Origin: a virus | Lineage: Duplodnaviria > Caudoviricetes | Virus record (IMG/VR): IMGVR_UViG_3300044233_005192 | Span: 1-25,986 of that record | Length of the DNA: 25,986 bases | Strand: one strand, 5' to 3' | In this document: positions 23,074 to 25,986 of the stretch, one piece after another | How positions within the stretch are numbered: position 1 is the first letter of the stretch | Layout: each line of letters begins with the position of its first letter | Notes under the pieces: generated by a model | Told to the model about the DNA's origin: nothing | The model's database searches: none | What the model saw: the letters and a program-made list of their open reading frames with translations, nothing else | Position numbers and translations under genes: made by a program

Positions 23074-23106
23074 GGGCGGGACTTTCGTCACACCCTTATT
23101 ATTTTT
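23065..23106. terminator. Probable bidirectional intrinsic terminator
   Basis: AATAAGGG...CCCTTATT stem with an inner GAC-GAAA-GTC (minus strand) and flanking A/T tracts, between convergent genes. Confidence 0.75.
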
Positions 23107-23112
23107 ATAGTA

Positions 23113-23295
23113 CTAATCGCTGTCCTGGTTATGGATCTCGTCAGAATCAGAGTCCTCATCATCATCTGAATCTTCCCATGATGTATCCTCTTCATCTTCC
23201 TGGATGTCAAGAATAGACTTTATGTTTTCTAAATCTGATTCAAGTTTCTCGATCTTTTCTTCCAGTTCTTCGATCTTGTTTTTATGCTCTTCCAT
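23113..23295 (-). CDS. Small, highly acidic coiled-coil protein (60 aa)
   Basis: MEEHKNKIEELEEKIEKLESDLE...EDEEDTSWEDSDDDEDSDSDE; GGGAG Shine-Dalgarno and TAAATA at 23319-23324. Confidence 0.75.
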   Translation of the reverse strand: MEEHKNKIEELEEKIEKLESDLENIKSILDIQEDEEDTSWEDSDDDEDSDSDEIHNQDSD

Positions 23296-23382
23296 TTGAG
23301 TCTCCCGTGTGTCACGTGTATTTAAATTACACATTATCAAAAAACAGGAGTTATATGTGTAGTTAATAAAAAGTTAACACAA

Positions 23383-25203
23383 TCAATCTATGGTGTATAC
23401 CTTGACTGCTTGGATTTTTCCTTTCACAGTGATCTCATCCACGTAATCAAAGTTGTAGTTCAACTTGGCCGCTTTAACAGTATTCTCTCCAACCACAAGT
23501 GTTTTCCCTAGCGTCTTACTGCTACTTTCTAATCTAGATGCAAGGTTCACAGCATCACCTATCACGGAATAATCGAACCTCTGGTCAGAACCCATGTTTC
23601 CAACAAGTGCCTCACCTGTGTTGATACCTATTCCGATGTTAATGTTTGGTAATCCTTCTGCTGTAAGTTCTGTATTCAACAGTTTCAATTCCTCCTGCAT
23701 GTCGAGTGCGGCCTGTACTGCATGTTCTTCATGTAATACGTCTTCTATTGGTGCGTTCCAGAATGCCATAATACAGTCACCCATAAACTTATCAATAGTT
23801 CCACCATTCTTTATTATGATATCAGTCATACGTGTCAGAAATCTATTGATTAGTTTTGTTAAGCCTTCTGGATTGCCTTTATACTTCTCACTTATAGGAG
23901 TGAACCCTCTTATATCAGAGAACATAAAAGTCATGATCCTTGTCTCACCACCTAGCCTCAATAGGCTTGGATCCTGCTGTAGTTTTTTGACCATGGCTGG
24001 TGCCAGATAGTGTTCAAATTGTTTCTTGATCTGTTGTTTGAGACTGAACTCTTTAACGAACCTATTGAATACCGCATGGAAACCTGTAATGGTAGTGACC
24101 AATATGATCCAACTAGCGTCCCAGAGTTGTAGATGTTTGACAAAATAAAAATATGCACCATAGGCCGTGCCCGACCACACACTCAACAATACAGCACCAA
24201 CCAACCAGTAAGGTGCAAATCCCGCCAATAAAATTATTATTACTGCAAGTACTCCCGCCGCAACATATTCAAGGAAGGTCGCCGTGTCCAGCCTCACTAT
24301 GTTCTCACCGTTTATCACAGTCTGTAGGCTGACAGCCATTGCAGTGTGACTGTACTGCTCACCGTTTGGTGTTGCGATTATCGTGCTGATCCCTTGTGCC
24401 GTGTTCCCTATTATGACTGTCTTGCCTGCGACCGATGTAAAGTCATCTGTTATACTGATGGTAGGAAACTCCTTGTTCCATCTCAGCCATATCCTTGCGT
24501 ACTGATCTGTCTTGATTGTTTTGAATTTGGGCACTCTCAATGCTATCACTCCACCTTCGCTGGCTTTGACCTGATAACTTGGATCACCAACTGCGACCCT
24601 AATAACTTCGAGAGCGACACTTGGATAAATTTCATCACCGACCCTCATCAGCAACGGCAGTCTCCTCACAACACCATCTATCTCTGGCGTTGTGTTCACG
24701 ACTCCAACACCGTCAACGTTGTCTCCCAATAAGGGTATTGGACCTAGCATTCCTGGCCATTCGAACAACCAAGGCAACGGATCACCTATTTTGGCCACAC
24801 CACGTGGCACTGAGTTTTTATTTGTCTGCGTTGTACCTGTCTGTGCGATCACGATTCCGTTCTGTACCAAGGCCTGTGCGAGATCCATGTCTCCACCCAA
24901 CCTATCCTCTTCTGAAAACAATATTGGAAGAACAATTATGCCTGCACCTGCTTCACGCAGTCGCCATATCACATCTGCAAGTACGGTCCTCTTCCAAGGC
25001 CACTGTCCGTTCTGTTCTATGCTCTTCTCATCTATCTCAACAATTACCACATCCTCGCTCACAGTTGGCTTGTCATATTTCTGTATTAGGTCAAAACTTT
25101 TTAATCTTGCTGTCTCCTTTACAAAAGGATCTTTGAGACCCCACAGCATCAGTGCCGCCAGTGTTAAGAATGCCAATGTCCAGTGTGTAAGGATCTTATT
25201 CAC
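23383..25203 (-). CDS. CHASE2-domain class III adenylate cyclase (membrane-anchored)
   Basis: N-terminal TM; CHASE2 motifs IDEKSIEQNGQWPWKR and DGVVRRLPL; three TM helices; cyclase motifs FSDIRGFT, TIDKFMGD, GIGINTG and RFDYSVIGDAVNLASRLE. Confidence 0.93.
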   Translation of the reverse strand: MNKILTHWTLAFLTLAALMLWGLKDPFVKETARLKSFDLIQKYDKPTVSEDVVIVEIDEKSIEQNGQWPWKRTVLADVIWRLREAGAGIIVLPILFSEEDRLGGDMDLAQALVQNGIVIAQTGTTQTNKNSVPRGVAKIGDPLPWLFEWPGMLGPIPLLGDNVDGVGVVNTTPEIDGVVRRLPLLMRVGDEIYPSVALEVIRVAVGDPSYQVKASEGGVIALRVPKFKTIKTDQYARIWLRWNKEFPTISITDDFTSVAGKTVIIGNTAQGISTIIATPNGEQYSHTAMAVSLQTVINGENIVRLDTATFLEYVAAGVLAVIIILLAGFAPYWLVGAVLLSVWSGTAYGAYFYFVKHLQLWDASWIILVTTITGFHAVFNRFVKEFSLKQQIKKQFEHYLAPAMVKKLQQDPSLLRLGGETRIMTFMFSDIRGFTPISEKYKGNPEGLTKLINRFLTRMTDIIIKNGGTIDKFMGDCIMAFWNAPIEDVLHEEHAVQAALDMQEELKLLNTELTAEGLPNINIGIGINTGEALVGNMGSDQRFDYSVIGDAVNLASRLESSSKTLGKTLVVGENTVKAAKLNYNFDYVDEITVKGKIQAVKVYTID

Positions 25204-25597
25204 CTTTTATGTCCTTTTCCCATATTTCAAAACCTATATTCAAGCCTGTTACCAGTCCATATATCATCGCGATGCCGAGAATTAGAGTGGCAATTATGAT
25301 TGGACTCAATAGCCATAGCCACCAGTAGTACCTGAACACGTTCTGTCCCTTGGCCAGACGTTTAACCCTGTTTTCCATAAACCAGTGAACTGTCCTCTTC
25401 ACAACACTCTTCAACTTGTCCACTAAGAACTTGTTGATGAACCAACGCACCGCCCTCATCACTATCAGTATTGGGGAACTCAACACCTCGAAGAACAATA
25501 AGAAACAGTCAACGCTAAGGTCAACTATGTTGTCTGCTGTGCAGGCTTTCTTCCAACGTTCACGCAGAGTCAGTTTTTTTGCTTTCTCATCTGCCAT
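25196..25597 (-). CDS. Hypothetical membrane protein
   Basis: Two hydrophobic segments; overlaps the cyclase start; TAAATA at 25606-25611. Confidence 0.75.
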   Translation of the reverse strand: MADEKAKKLTLRERWKKACTADNIVDLSVDCFLLFFEVLSSPILIVMRAVRWFINKFLVDKLKSVVKRTVHWFMENRVKRLAKGQNVFRYYWWLWLLSPIIIATLILGIAMIYGLVTGLNIGFEIWEKDIKGE

Positions 25598-25618
25598 TAT
25601 GTGTGTATTTAACTAGAT

Positions 25619-25986
25619 CTAGTTTCCTTGTGTGGTCGACACAGTGCATCCTGCCTGTGTGCCACAAGTCATATCAATATTATAATTTTGATCTGTTGAA
25701 CCTTGTTGAGTGAGATCGAAATCAGTCGAGTAACCATCAAGATCAATCCTGCCGGCGTGATCTCCACTGCCTGATTGAGTGATATCAACATCGTGTGCAT
25801 ATGATCCTGTGCCTAATTTAAGATCCAAGTAGTGTTGGCCACTGCCTGATTGTGTCACATCCACTGTATTATTTGCGTTGTCAATGTCAAGGAACAATAT
25901 TTTATCGCCATCATTTAATTGCTGTAGGCTTATGACATTTTGAGATGCATCAATGTCAACACTCATATAGTGTTCACTGTTTGCAT
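25619..25986 (-). CDS. Curlin-like repeat protein, C-terminal part (frame open to the right edge)
   Basis: Repeats of about 23 aa: NTVDVTQSGSGQHYLDLKL, HDVDITQSGSGDHAGRIDL, TDFDLTQQGSTDQNYNIDM; ends CGTQAGCTVSTTQGN. Confidence 0.7.
   Translation of the reverse strand, partial: ANSEHYMSVDIDASQNVISLQQLNDGDKILFLDIDNANNTVDVTQSGSGQHYLDLKLGTGSYAHDVDITQSGSGDHAGRIDLDGYSTDFDLTQQGSTDQNYNIDMTCGTQAGCTVSTTQGN

Noticed and set aside
23594-25285. Several long plus-strand ORFs opposite the cyclase
   Set aside because: Antisense shadows in a relatively GC-rich gene, with no recognisable motifs.
1-25986. Stop-codon reassignment, tRNAs, CRISPR array, integrase or transposase
   Set aside because: Genes tile densely under the standard code with TAA, TGA and TAG all used as stops. 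The intergenic gaps are short, and I saw no cloverleaf, repeat-spacer pattern or recombinase motif by eye.
1-25986. Cellular (bacterial or archaeal) chromosome origin
   Set aside because: Despite host-like genes, the gp9/gp10-like fibres, T4-late-like promoters, fragmentary DnaE and many small hypothetical genes point to a phage.

Overview
This is a gene-dense, AT-rich segment of a large tailed dsDNA phage, probably myovirus-like and from an aquatic or marine setting. Most genes are on the minus strand and use the standard genetic code. The left part holds an RFC-type clamp loader broken by a frameshifting deletion, a ParB-like protein, a GroES-like co-chaperonin, two SGNH-like proteins and a stand-alone DnaE (Pol III alpha) fragment. 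Next comes a baseplate/tail-fibre block: an Ig-like repeat protein and three paralogues with a T4 gp9/gp10-like N-terminus. An auxiliary block follows with IscA/HesB, Cu/Zn SOD, UvsE, a radical SAM protein, glycosyltransferase-like proteins, QueD, HIT and a DEDDh exonuclease. The right end is an envelope/signalling module: a curlin-repeat protein, a membrane protein, a CHASE2-adenylate cyclase and small membrane-protein paralogue pairs. Two promoter classes are readable in the DNA, sigma70 TTGACn-N16/17-TAnAAT and a T4-late-like TAAnTA. Both often sit only 5-8 nt from the ATG, which suggests leaderless mRNAs. I saw no rRNA, tRNA, CRISPR array, integrase or transposase. All product calls come from recognising motifs by eye, not from database searches.
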